Source: Camelus ferus (Eukaryota). From it: a stretch of 64,000 nt of DNA. A model generated the notes under the pieces. The model saw only the letters and a list, made by a program, of their open reading frames with translations. It ran no database searches and was not told the DNA's origin. The stretch is from assembly GCF_009834535.1 (NCBI RefSeq), contig NC_045717.1, positions 18,290,001-18,354,000 of the forward strand, in the 5' to 3' direction. Below, piece by piece: positions 50,967 to 63,869 of the stretch (positions are counted from its first letter, which is position 1; every line of letters starts with the position of its first letter). Made by a program: the position numbers and the translations under genes.

Positions 50967-51890
50967 ATGGTACGAAGCAATGGTACAGGGATTTCACAAT
51001 TTATTCTTCTGGGATTTTCAGAGGAGCCAGCATTGCAGCCCCTCATATTTGGGCTTTTCCTCTCCACGTACCTGATCACTGTGTTTGGAAACCTGCTCAT
51101 CTTCCTGGCCATCAGCTCTGACTCCCACCTCCACACCCCCATGTACTTCTTCCTCTCCAACCTGTCCTTTGTAGACATCTGTTTCACCTCCACCACCATC
51201 CCAAAGATGCTGTGGAACATCCAGACCCAGAGCAAGTTTATAACATATGAAGGCTGCATCAGCCAGATATACTTTTTAGTACTCTTTGCAGGACTGGATG
51301 ACTTCCTTCTGACAGTAATGGCCTTTGACCGCTTCGTGGCCATCTGCCGCCCCCTGCACTACACAGTCCTCATGAACCCCCGGCTCTGTGGACTGCTGGT
51401 TCTGATGTCCTGGACGATGAGTGCCCTGAATTCTTTGGTACATAGCTTAATGATGTTGCGGCTGTCCTTCTGTAGAGTCCTGGAGATCCCCCACTTTTCC
51501 TGTGAACTCAATCTGGTGGTCCGGGGTTCCTGTTCTGACACTTTCCTTAATTATGTGACTGTGTATGTTGTATCTGGGCTGCTGGGTGGTGGTCCATTTG
51601 CTGGAATACTTTACTCTTACTCTAAGATAGTTTCCTCCATACGAAGAATCTCATCAGCTCAGGGGAAGTATAAAGCATTTTCCACCTGTGCGTCTCACCT
51701 CTCCGCGGTTGCTTTATTTTACTGTACAGCCCTAGGAGTGTACCTTAGCCCTGCTGATTCTCACAGCTCATATTCAGGTGTAACAGCCTCAGTGATGTAC
51801 AATGTGGTCACACCCATGCTGAATCCCTTCATCTACAGTCTACGGAATAAAGACATAAAGGGGGCTCTGAAAAGATTCATTGGGCTTTAA
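50967..51890 (+). CDS. Olfactory receptor, OR7A-type, 307 aa (OR-e)
   Basis: Intact ORF from MVRSNGT; [15 protein letters not shown] and [12 protein letters not shown]; acceptor cctggtag at 50946-50953. Confidence 0.93.
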   Translation: MVRSNGTGISQFILLGFSEEPALQPLIFGLFLSTYLITVFGNLLIFLAISSDSHLHTPMYFFLSNLSFVDICFTSTTIPKMLWNIQTQSKFITYEGCISQIYFLVLFAGLDDFLLTVMAFDRFVAICRPLHYTVLMNPRLCGLLVLMSWTMSALNSLVHSLMMLRLSFCRVLEIPHFSCELNLVVRGSCSDTFLNYVTVYVVSGLLGGGPFAGILYSYSKIVSSIRRISSAQGKYKAFSTCASHLSAVALFYCTALGVYLSPADSHSSYSGVTASVMYNVVTPMLNPFIYSLRNKDIKGALKRFIGL

Positions 51891-53502
51891 AAGGGCCAAC
51901 TCTTCTGGGGCAAAGTTGTGCTCATGATTGCAGGGCTCAAATAAATGGAGACAGAAGTTATTCTTTGAATATATTTTGGGTGTAAAATTTGCTCTTTCTA
52001 TGATTTACTGAAATTTCTATTTCTTTGACTTCAACTTCTCTCTACACGACTTACTAAGATTTCTGCTCTAATATATACAGTTTTTTCCATCTGTGCCATT
52101 TTCTTGCTTTCACACATTTCCTCCCAAACTTATATGAGAAATATTTGCAAATTCTCTTTTATTTCTTGGGTCTCTGTGGATTTCTTAAGAATAGTATCAT
52201 CTCAAATGACACATATCATTCCAAGTTTTTCTTTTATCTTGCTAAAAAATTAGTCATAAGTTGTATTACTCATATGGAATAAACTCTACTTGGCAACTTC
52301 TCTATGCAATTTAGGTAACTCACTTCATTAGGCTTTTCTTCTGTCATATATAGACAGTTATCTTATTATTCCCCCCTATTTTCACAAAGTTTTTCCAAAG
52401 ATCATATAAGATAAATTTGGATAATTCCCTTTTTTTCCATAGGACTACATGCCTTTCTCAAGAATAATTTATTTTCAAGTGACGTATATTACCCTAATTG
52501 TTTTCCCTTTGTTTACTGAAAGAAGAGTCATGAGCTGTATTACTCATATGAATAAAAACTGCATTGACAACTTAGGCAACTATATTAAATACTGCTTGTG
52601 TCCCATCCATATCACCTTGATTCCTATCATTTCTGACCGTTTCCAGTCCAATTTCCAACTGCCAGATCCTGGGTCTCTTTACCTGAGGGATTTTAGTGGT
52701 CAGTGCAACCCTCTCTATTCACCTGCATGGTTATCTGAGAGTTACAGAGAAATAATAGTAGACCTAACAATATCAGTTCTATGTTCTCATAGTAGCCAAT
52801 CCACACTTGACTTTTAGATATTATTTAAGATTTTTACCCAAAACTTTGCCTGACAAATGTCAGCACTACCTTCTTCCCCTGATCTTCCCCCAGGCAAGCT
52901 CTGCCCCACAGCCTTGTCTCTTATTGGATGCTACTGACTTTCCTTATATTTCAGAATAATAGGTTGATCTGTGACCTCAGCTCTCCAATGGATTTGAGAA
53001 AATATATCATTTTGTAGAGTACTCATCTTTTCCTGTGCTGGTGGAATGGAAGTACATTCCAGATTTTTACATTCCAGGCTGGGAACCTGAAATTTACAAC
53101 TCTCTCTAACGTTTTTTGGGGGAGAGAAAGAGAAAATGTGAATGAGGATTTTTTAATGTCTAATAGAAGGTATAGTACAAGTAACTCCTCAGGATCCAAA
53201 TCGATTTGATTTCTGAATTTTGGAAAGCAACTCAGGAACAATATGAGTTCAGAGAACAAGGTATGCACATAATTCTTTTATTATAATTCTATAAATTAGT
53301 AATCAAATCAGTGGAACATAGGTGAGAGTACCCATATTTATATTTTAAAATATTTTTAAAGTCTCAGGCTTTAATTTCTATTTTGGAGATTTTATCCCAC
53401 ATGCGTATCTCCTGGGAATACATACTTGAACAAATCAGTATCCTGCAGTGTCCATTTAGCTGGTAGATAAATATTAACTTTTATTAAATATCATGTAAAG
53501 GG

Positions 53503-53940
53503 ATGTAGTAGTCAGCTTTGCTGTGGTAACAAGTAACTCCCCAAGTCACAGTGTCTTAAAATAATGAAAGTTATTTATGATCACATTAGACACATGCTGC
53601 AAGGTGTCTATGGCTCTGTCCCAACTGTGCTAGACCACATGCACGTCTTCATCTGGGAGCCACGCCAATAGAACAGCTCATATGTGAGAGGTGCCCATGC
53701 TCATAAGAGAGGGGAAAAGTAAGAGAAAGGGTAGAATCTCACAAAGCCTCTTACAGCTTCTTCTTAGGCATTGAGCTTGTCAAGTCTGCCCACATTCTAG
53801 CCACCAAAGCTTGTCACATGTTCAAGTTCAAAGCCAAGCAGTGAGGTCATGACTCCTCCCACTTGAGGCACAGTCAAGACTCAAAGCAATGGCCGAGGAT
53901 GTACAGTCCTCCTAAGAGAAGGAGGGACAGAACAAGAATT
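53503..53940. mobile_element. MLT1-like MaLR LTR
   Basis: tgtagtagtcagctttgctgtggtaacaagtaactcccc...aagcttgtcacatgttcaag. Confidence 0.6.
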
Positions 53941-55824
53941 GTGAAAAATAAATTCTATTTGGGGCAGAAACAAACACACAAGCGTTTCATACTTTTGTTG
54001 ACATCAAACGTTTATGAATTATATGTTATAGACTAGAAACAGAGGAAGATAAGAATTGAAAGAAACTATGATTCACTGAGAAACAGCAATTCTACACATT
54101 CCAGAGTAATCACAGAAACACAGTAAAAATAGCTCAAAAGAGTCTAAAAATTCTTACTCAAGTGATAGAGAGCCACCATAAGGGGTCAGAGTTTACGTCC
54201 CTTCATAGATTAGAACACAGAATTGTGGCCCCTCAAGCGCTCTGCTCCCCTGGGTGGGGTCCTGGGAGGAGATCTTCAATATCAAATCTCACTGTCTCCC
54301 AGGATCAGGTAATCCCGGGCTCACTTCCTATTCCGAGAGATTCTCTGGAGTCCCAATGAGCTTAGTAAATGTGGAACTCACACATAGTTGTAATAACTGC
54401 TATGGAGTGAGCATCTATCACTGCAAAGTAACTTCCTATGGACTCTAAATATGATCTATTTCTCACACCAGCTTCCTACATGGTATTTCCCCAGTGGTAG
54501 ATGTGGAAACAAAGGAAAAAAAAGTTTTATTTCCTATCAAGAGGGAAATACTCTTAAGACGCACTTGTAACCTTGTGAATGCAGAAACTGAATGACTGGG
54601 TCCAACATTTGACCACCTTACATCAGACCTGAGATGGGAAGGAAGATTCTTAATGGATAAGACTTAAAAACATCCATATCTGACTCTAACACTGGGTACA
54701 GTCTTGACACAGTGTGGTCCACAGAACAGGACCTGCAACATCAACAACATATGAGAGTTTCTTACAAACCCAGAATCTCTAGGTCACCCTAGTCCTGCCA
54801 AATCAGAAACTATTTAAACAAGATCCCCTAGTGATTTAAACACACCTTGATGTTGGGAGAAGTGCTTGTTTAGGATAGTGTTTCTCAACCTCACCACTAC
54901 TGACATTTGTGCTGAATAATTCCTTGTGGTGGGGGCTGTCCTGGGCTTTGTAGTTTGCTGAATTGCATCCTGACCTCAACTGGGGAATACCAGTAGCACT
55001 TGCCCAGATACGACAGTCAAAAATTTCTCCAGACATTGCTAAGTGTTCTCTGGAGGCAAAATCATCTCTGATTGAGAAACACTAGCTTAGACCGTGAGAA
55101 CTAAAAATATCCTTTGTACTATATGAAACACACCCCTTACTCAGTTCATATTTTGGGCCAATCACCTAACCCTTCTGAACCACAATTCTGCAAATTTAGA
55201 ATGAGGCTAATATTTGTACAGTCCACATAGGACAAAATTTTGGAAAAAATGAATGAGACAATACATATAAAAATTCTAAGTTCAACCCAAGGTGTGTTAA
55301 AAGATCTAAATGTATCTCTTATAATTACCAAATGTTTAATAAATAAAGGACTAAATACCAGCTCTTCACTTGTATTAAAAGAATGAAAATTTTAATTGAT
55401 GTTCAAAAGCATTATGGAACCAAGAATTATTTTACCCATGGTTTTATAGCAAAAACAACAACAACAACAACAAAAAAAAACCACCACAGATTACTCCCTT
55501 ATTGAAGGAGAAATAGTAATTTTCTGGAGGTATCAGAAGCTGTATTTTCATCACAAGTCAGTGCCTTCAGCAGCCAAGGGACCTAGTCAAGATGGCTTTG
55601 CTTCCTCAGGATTAGATTTGGAGAAATCTTTGACTCAAGGCTATAAAAAGTTTCAATATTAGACCTCTGGAAGCCAGGACAGTTCATGGAGTAGTAATAA
55701 GAATTGGATACACATGACTTCTAGCCTGGTCTCTTAGGAACAAAGAGATGAAATGAACAAAGAGATGAACAAACTTCATCTCTCCAGCATATCAGCTGGA
55801 AAATTTCCATTCTGTCCAGACAAG

Positions 55825-55935
55825 TTCCCCTGGGGAAATGGTGTATTCAGGGGTTGTAGTAATCTTGGAAAATGTGTTAATGAGCACATGTAGTGAGTAG
55901 ATACAGCCAATATATGGAGCTGTAAATATCTCCAC
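55825..55935 (+). promoter_or_regulatory. Putative OR-f promoter cassette
   Basis: TCCCCTGGGGA 55826-55836, TAATGA 55878-55883, TGTAAATA 55921-55928; donor GTGAGT at 56136. Confidence 0.68.
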
Positions 55936-57420
55936 TGCTGCAGTTCCTGAGCAGTTCAACCTTGAGTGGAAGGGGAACCGTTTTTTATTTGGACTCCTAA
56001 GTCTGGCTCAGGGACCCGTGCTTCATTTCCTCCTTCTCCCTTGTCTGCGGACAGAGCTTCAATCTCCATCATCAACCATCCAGGGAGGAGCCTGGGCTTC
56101 CACACAAAGGCCTTCCTCTCAGACTTCCCATCTCGGTGAGTGCAAGAGCCCAATAGACACTGCAGGAGAACGTCAGAGAGGATGAAACCCAAGAACATTT
56201 AGCTGAGGCCACCCGAAGACCTAAACAGCTGGACCAGAGCCTCATGTTTGTTTGCTTGATTGGCTAATAATTTACAATCAACTTATTCCATATGTTAGAA
56301 AGAGAAGTGTCTATCGGGTTCAGCAATACAACGATTATTGTTGACAACTAAGTGATGGGAACAAAAATACAGTTGGAGGAGATTCAAGAAGAAAAGAGAG
56401 ACTTAGTGGTGTCAGTAAAATTTGAACGTTTCCAAGGAGCTTTGCAGTTTGGGGGAGTAGGGTAACAGACTATGAGATGAGGAAGGACTTGCAGTGACGT
56501 GAGGACATTTTACTTATTTATTTTTAACTTTTAAGGTGAGGTATATTTGAGCATGTTCTGTATTCATTACAAAGATCCAGATCAGTGGAGGTAGCTACTC
56601 AATTGTGACTACAGTTTGTGAGTTTCTACACGTTTCACAGAATCTCTCACACTGATTATTCACTCGAAAAAAATGCATTTAATATGCCAACAGGCAGAAA
56701 GTAAAGGGCTTTACTTTGCAATTATTTTATTACCTAGGAGACTGAATATATTTTTTATCTTGTCAGCTATTGCAAACTGTCTATGCATGTTCTTTGCTTT
56801 ATGTACTAGCTTCTGCATTTTTAAACTTTCTTTTTTGTATCATTTCCTTTACAATTATTTCATGTTCAGCTCAGAGAGCAAAGGTTAGGAACTACACTCC
56901 AACACGTGAGAGAAGGGGAGAATGAGATGCATTTGTAATACTGTGACAAGTCTTCTATGCTGAAAATACAGACACACGCAGCTTCTCTCTCCCCACTCTT
57001 CCCCTCTCCCACATAGGTGTGCCAGGCACCACTTCTGTGCCACCGTTTCACCCAAAACTACTCTAAGCTGCAACCACTTCCTCTAGTCCAAATTCCCTAT
57101 TCCGGTCTCTCTTTATTCGTGTTTCTTATTGCATTCTTTCAAACAAAGAATTACAACTTTTAAAAGAAGTTTGCTATTCATTATTTAAATATTTTATGCA
57201 TGTATACCGTCTCTGTTAGGTTGAGTGAGAGTTTATACATTTTGAGTGGTCAAATCTGTCTGTTGGCCACATTTTATTCTCCCTCCCATTGCTTTTCAAA
57301 CATTAAAAACTTCTTCTGCATCCTTAGCAGTAATAAACCACCTTTTATATGCATTGCCATTGTATTTCACATGTTTTTTCTTACTGCCACCTTTTGCCCT
57401 TTGTGATTAGATCTATTTTA

Positions 57421-58310
57421 TTTTTTAATGAAGTATAGTTAATTTACAATATTATGTTTGAGTCAAGTGTACAGCAAAGTGATTCGGCTTTATATATACA
57501 TATTCTTTTTTAATCTTTTTAAACCTTTTTTCTATTATTTTCCATTATAGTTTATTACAAGATATTGAATATAGCTCCCTGTGCTATACAGCTAATCCTT
57601 CTTGTTTACTTATTTTATATATAGCAGTGTGCGTCTGTTAATCCATGTTCCTAATTTATCCCTCCCCTACATTTCCCCTTTGTTAACCATAGTTTGTTTA
57701 TATGTCTGTGAGTCTGTTTCTGTTTTGTAAATAAGTTCATTTGTACTACTTTTTGACTCCACATATAAGTATTATCATGTAATATTTGCCTTTCTCCCTC
57801 TGACTTACTCTACTTAGTATGGTAATTTCTAGGTCCATCCACGATTCTGCAAATGGCATTATTTCATTCTTTTTGATGGTAGAGTAATATTCCATTATAT
57901 ACATATATCACATTTCCTTTATTCATCTATCAATGGACATTTAGTTTGCTTACAGGTCTTGGCTATTATAAATAGTGATGCTGTGAACATTGGGGTGCGT
58001 GTAACTTTTTGAATTAGCATATATCTTTTCCAGATATATGCCCAGGAGTGGAATTGCTAGATCATATGGTAACACTTGGTTTTTACAAGGATCTTCCACA
58101 CTGTTTTCCATAGTGGCTGCATCCATTTCCATTCCCACCAACAATGTAGGAGGGGTCCTTTTTCTCCACACCCTCTCCAGTATTTATTATTTGTAGCCTT
58201 TTTAATGATGGCCATTCTGAGCAGTGTGAGGTGATACCTCATTGTAGTTTGGGTTTGCATTTCCCTAATAATTAGTGATGCTGAGCATCTTTTCACATGC
58301 CTGTTAGCCA
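57421..58310 (-). mobile_element. 5'-truncated L1 (890 bp) with a 17-bp target-site duplication, in the OR-f intron
   Basis: TGATTAGATCTATTTTA at 57404-57420 and 58311-58327; poly-T start; L1 3' ORF2/UTR sequence. Confidence 0.88.
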
Positions 58311-60361
58311 TGATTAGATCTATTTTAAAAAAACAATAATTTGCTGCCATCTTGTGGAATACATGCTTTTGAATTCAACTAAAGTTTACTTATATATTTT
58401 TCATAAGCATGTTTGAATGCATTTGTCCTTGTATAGATTAAAATTATAATTTTTGATACCACTTCCTGTACTATGTTTTAAATTACATTTTCCAATTTTT
58501 AAGTTTTTACCCATTTCTTTTATATTTAAAGCCTGTGTTAATGTGACTATGGTTATTTTATGTTTTTCTTTCAAGTTCATCTTATTGTTTTATTCTGTTC
58601 TGTTTAATAAAGTTGCTTTGAATTCACTATATTTAATCTAGCTTTATTTTCCTTGTTATTCTTTTTATTTTATAAATTCCATTTTCTGAAAAAAATATTG
58701 TTTCTGTACGAAAACAAACCATTATGAAAACACAGAAGAAACAAAGCAGGTAAGGTCCCTGCCATTTAAATCTCACATTTTCATGGAGAGAAGAAGAATA
58801 AAATAAATGCAAGTATCACAAAATGTCCTCAGGTATAAATCAGATGAGAAAGGGGTAGGTTTTTGTGGGGTGTTTATTAATTTATGGAGTGTATTGTGGG
58901 GAGGCCTTCGCACATGGGACAAGAATCAGAAACAGAAGCAGTTTCTATTTTTCTTTACAATATTAAAATGTACGTTAGCAAAGATGGGTGGATTTTCAAA
59001 TAAAATGCAGCTTACACACACACACACACACACAAAGTGCCTAGTGGATTGACAAACAAAGAGCAAAGCTCAAAGCCCAAGAGTAACAAAGAAAGATGCT
59101 GCATAAGGAAAGTGACAGAAGGAACATCGCATCCAGTACTGGACCATATGAAAACAATTGAAGTTAAATACATAGGAATAAATATGGAATAAAAATTCCA
59201 TCAGGGGGCTGATGTGGATACTGTAAAGAGGCAAGTGGAGGAGGGGACGTGCTGTCTGCGTGTGGTCCCCTGAGTCTGAGGCCACTTCAGCATCCACGCT
59301 GCTGGCTGTTCTCTCTGCAACCTGCCTCTTCTGTTGAACTCAATATATATTGCTTCACCCTTAGCTGGAATGAGCCTTTATAAAAGGTATTCTTGCATTT
59401 ACTACAGTGGATAAGAAACTTTTTAGAATGTGTCCGAGCGTAAAATATGCCCTTTATGTGTGATCAAGCAAGCAAGAAATCCAAATGCATGCATGTGCAC
59501 TCACACATACACACACGCACACACTACACACACATACACACGGATACACACACACAGCTGAATGAAGAGAACCAAAAAAAAAACCCTTATATGTTCAATA
59601 CACTCTTATATTTTCCTTTGTGTTTAATTTATTCTGTTCTATTTTATTCTTGAAACCATAGTTTGACCCTCTAATAAATCTGAATCTCAGAATATGGAAA
59701 ACATTCCTCCAGCATGTCTTCCATACCTATGTTAGCGTTTCCCTGCTTTTTGTTCTCTCACCAGCAGCAATTTCTGTGAGAACACATTTTTTTCATTCCT
59801 TTATGCAATATACGTTCATTCAGCTACTGTTCCCAACTAAACTAAGTCTGAGGGTTGGGGGGTATGTATTGACACCTGCTTCAAGGCACTCACAGTCAAG
59901 CAAGGGAGAATATGGAATTAAACAACGTAAATGTATCGTTCTTTTCTCTTTTGGATAAAATGCTTTTTTGCTGCTTTGCTATTCTGGGAATCATGGGGCT
60001 ATCACTGGGGTTGGAATGCAGCCAGAACCAAGGAAGATTGATCTTCATCACAAACTCTAGGGACTCCCAGAGTTATTAAATCTTTTCCCCCTACGTATCC
60101 TTTCCCCCTTCTCTCTATTTTTTTTTCAACTGATCCTTTGTTTTTCTTTAAATACTGGATATTAAATGGTCATATTAAAAAGGAGCCCCGTGTTTACATG
60201 TCCAGGAGAGACTTAACAACTAGAATTTAGGTACTATTTCTACATTTTTAGGGGAAAGATAATCTAATGTTGATAGCTTGCCTTGTAATAGCATTGTTTT
60301 CCTAATTATTGTGACTGAGGGTGAGAACAGCCTGGTAGTAGCATGGCCCCAGGGTTTCATA

Positions 60362-60399
60362 GTGTGTGTGTGTGTGTGTGTGTGTGCGTGCGCGCGCGC
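60362..60399. repeat. (GT)n(GC)n alternating purine-pyrimidine tract
   Basis: Direct reading; 38 bp. Confidence 0.92.
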
Positions 60400-61311
60400 T
60401 GAGGAGCATGAGCAGTTCTCAAGGCAGGAAGGAGATACGTGAGCCCATATTCTCCAATATGAGAACCTTAAAATACAGGTGCCAGAATATTAACCAACGT
60501 ATAAAACCATGGAGGTGGCCCATTTCTAATCATAGGATTTCGTGCACACAAAACTAGTAAAGTGCAAGGAACAACATGTAGACTATTGACTCCCTGTGAC
60601 TTGAAGTTTAGCTTTAGCAGGGAGGACACTTTGCTCCTCCAAATTCTCTGACACCAGCTAGCATCACTGTCCCTCTTGCACATTCGCCTGGACACACTGG
60701 CTTACTTTTGAGCCTTGATTTTCTGAAACGAAGACCTTCTCAGGGTCCTTGCCTTGGCTGTTCCCTCTGTTCAGCACACACTTCCCCCAGATAACCTGAT
60801 GTGTCCCACCCTCTCTTCCATGAGGTCTCTATTCAAATGTTAGCCAGTCTACCTAATGACCAAGTTAAAAATAACGCCCCCATTAACTGTCCTCTTATTT
60901 CCGATTTCTTTTCTTCATAGCACCTGTTACCATCTGATAATTTGTATGATTTTTTTCCTATTATCCTTTCTCCATCATTGAACTATAGTAACAATTGTCT
61001 CTCAGCACAGTATACTCTTTGCCTAGAGGTTGTTCAGATCCCAATTTATATTCTTCAAATTTGTGACATAACTTCTCGTTAAAAGTGTAGAATGCATGAC
61101 CACTTGGACAAAAGGTTGAACGTGGGACAGGAATTCCAATTCAGAGATGGCACAGGGATCTCTTGAAGGCGAAAGTTCCATACAAAATTTATAAATATCA
61201 GTTGTTTGGTTGAAGAATATAAATTGTAGACTTTTGAATTATGTTTGTAATGCCAATTTTTGGGAAACGTTGTCATACTACTTTTTGTTACCTGGTAGTC
61301 ACCTCCACCAC

Positions 61312-62244
61312 ATGGAACCAGGAAATGATACACGGATTTCAGAATTTCTTCTTCTGGGAATTTCACAGGACCCAGAACTACAGCCCCTCATACTGGGGCT
61401 TTTCCTCTCCATGTACCTGATCACTGTGTTTGGAAACCTGCTCATCATCTTGGCCGTCATCTCAGACTCCCACCTCCACACCCCCATGTACTTCTTCCTC
61501 TCCAACCTGTCCTTTGTAGACATCTGTTTCACCTCCACCACCATCCCAAAGATGCTGTGGAACATCCAAACCCAGAGCAAAGTCATCACCTATGAAGGCT
61601 GCATCACACAGATCTACTTTTTCTTACTCTTTGCTGCACTGGAAAACTTTCTTCTTGCTGTAATGGCCTATGACCGCTTCGTGGCCATCCGCCGCCCCCT
61701 GCACTACACAGTCCTCATGAACCCCCGGCTCTGTGGACTGCTGGTTCTGGTGTCCTGGATGATGAGTGTCCTGAATTCCTTGTTACAAAGCTTAATGGTG
61801 TTGTGGCTGTCCTTCTGTATTGAACTGGAAATCCCCCACTTTTTCTGTGAAATCAATCAGGTGGTTCGGCTTGCTTGTTCTGACACTTTTCTTAATGACA
61901 TGGTGATGAATCTTGCAGCTGGGATGCTGGGCGGTGCTTCCCTCTCTGGGATCCTTTACTCTTACTCTAAGATAGTTTCCTCCATATGTGGAATCTCATC
62001 AGCTCAGGGGAAGTATAAAGCATTTTCCACCTGTGCGTCTCACCTCTCAGTTGTCTCCTTGTTTTACTCTACAGTGTTAGGAGTGTACCTTAGCTCTGCT
62101 GGAACCCACAGCTCACAGTCAAGTGCAACCGCCTCAGTGATGTACACCGTGGTCACCCCCATGCTGAACCCCTTCATCTACAGTCTGAGGAACAAAGACA
62201 TAAAGAGGGCTCTGAAAAGAATCATTGGGGTGCCAGTTATATAA
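61312..62244 (+). CDS. Olfactory receptor, OR7A-type, 310 aa (OR-f)
   Basis: Intact ORF from MEPGNDT; acceptor TAG at 61296-61298; the TM3 motif reads [15 protein letters not shown]. Confidence 0.93.
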   Translation: MEPGNDTRISEFLLLGISQDPELQPLILGLFLSMYLITVFGNLLIILAVISDSHLHTPMYFFLSNLSFVDICFTSTTIPKMLWNIQTQSKVITYEGCITQIYFFLLFAALENFLLAVMAYDRFVAIRRPLHYTVLMNPRLCGLLVLVSWMMSVLNSLLQSLMVLWLSFCIELEIPHFFCEINQVVRLACSDTFLNDMVMNLAAGMLGGASLSGILYSYSKIVSSICGISSAQGKYKAFSTCASHLSVVSLFYSTVLGVYLSSAGTHSSQSSATASVMYTVVTPMLNPFIYSLRNKDIKRALKRIIGVPVI

Positions 62245-63869
62245 AGGTCAATTTCCCTGGGACTGAGGAAGTACCAATGATGGCAGGGTGCAAAGCCTCA
62301 GAGCCAGAGATTGCTTTTCTTTGATCAGATTGTTGAAGTAGAAGTTGCTCCTGTTTCCTCACTGGAATTCCCATTTCTCTGAATTCAACTCTTCTACACG
62401 ATTTAAGTGACTCACTTTATTATGCTTCTGTTCTGTCTGATAGGTAGTGTTTCTTTGTCCATATTTGTACATTCCCAAAGTTTTTCCCAAGCTTGAATCA
62501 GAAACATTTGAAAATGTCTATATCTTACATTGGTCAACGTGGATTTCTTAAGAATAACTTCTTCTCAAATGACATATCATGCCAAGTAATTTCCCCCTAG
62601 TTTTCCTAAAGGAATAATTATGAATTGTATTACTGATGTGGGGGAAGAAAACTACACTCATCAATTAAGCTTATTTATATAATTTCATGGTAAAAGAAAA
62701 TATGAATAGATTTTACTTTAGTCCACGATTTTTTTCATTTGTGTCATTTTGTGTTATTCAAGGACCCTTACATAAAAGAAACAAACACAGAGTTTACCAC
62801 TGCCTCTGGAATGAGTGAATGCACTATTCCTTCAAACTTACACGAAAAGGCAGTCTTTGGTGCAGAAGACCTAAAACTGTCTACAACCAACTGTCACAGG
62901 GTCACAGCCTTGCTACTCAAAGAGTGGTCCACACTCCAGGACCTGCAGCATCCGTATCACCCAGGGGCTTGTCAGACACGCAGAATCTCTGGGCTCACCT
63001 GGACCGGCTGAGTCAGGTTCTGCACTTGTAGTAGGATTGTTGTTGCTTTGCAGGTTCACTGAAGTTACAGAACAGTTGGTCTAGAATTAGTTTTCCCGCC
63101 CTTTACTGTTGACATTTGGGGCAGGGTTGTTATTTTAGGGTGCTTTCCTAGGGATTTTAGATGTTTACCAGTATCCCTTTGACATTGCCAAACATCCCAG
63201 GGGAAAAAAATCCTTTCTGGTTGAAAACCTGGAGTTTGAAAACACAGGCACCCTGACAGATTTACAATCAAGGCCCATCACGCACTCAGATAACAACTTT
63301 GGGCTCCAAGCCCCTTTCTACAATTGAGAATGGTGTTCCCGAATGTACTTCCTCATGGATAAGACGTTTATAAATATTAAATCAAACACTCCCTTAAAGG
63401 TAGCAAGCTCAGGTTTTAGTACATAAAGATATGTAAATATATCTCTTCTCCCAACAAACATTTTATAATGAGGGGCTGAATGACAGCTGTGATCTAGAGA
63501 TGTAAGTATTTGTTATGGCAAAAGTCTCATGAAGACAATGCATTTAGTGCCCAAGGTTTATTATCAAAAGAACTCAGTTCTCCTCCTTGTGAAAAGGAGG
63601 ATTGAGACTTTCCGGAGATTCAGGGGCTGTGTCCCCAGCATAAAGCAAAGCTTGAAGATACAAGAGACCTAATCCAGACAGATTCTTCAGTCTTAGACTT
63701 GGAGTAAACTCTAACTCCGAGCTAAGGTGCTAGGTGATTTAGAGATATAAGAGGGAGGCAGTTTCATGGAAAAGGAGTAAAAATAATAAAACTAGATTCA
63801 TTTGACTTCTACCCTGGTCCCTTGTGGATAGAGAATCATTAGGAAAAATTTCCTTCCTTCTAGAACAAT

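Noticed and set aside
13242-61589. Recurring antisense ORFs over the OR genes (e.g. [22 protein letters not shown])
   Set aside because: Shadow frames of conserved OR codons, repeated only because the ORs are paralogous.
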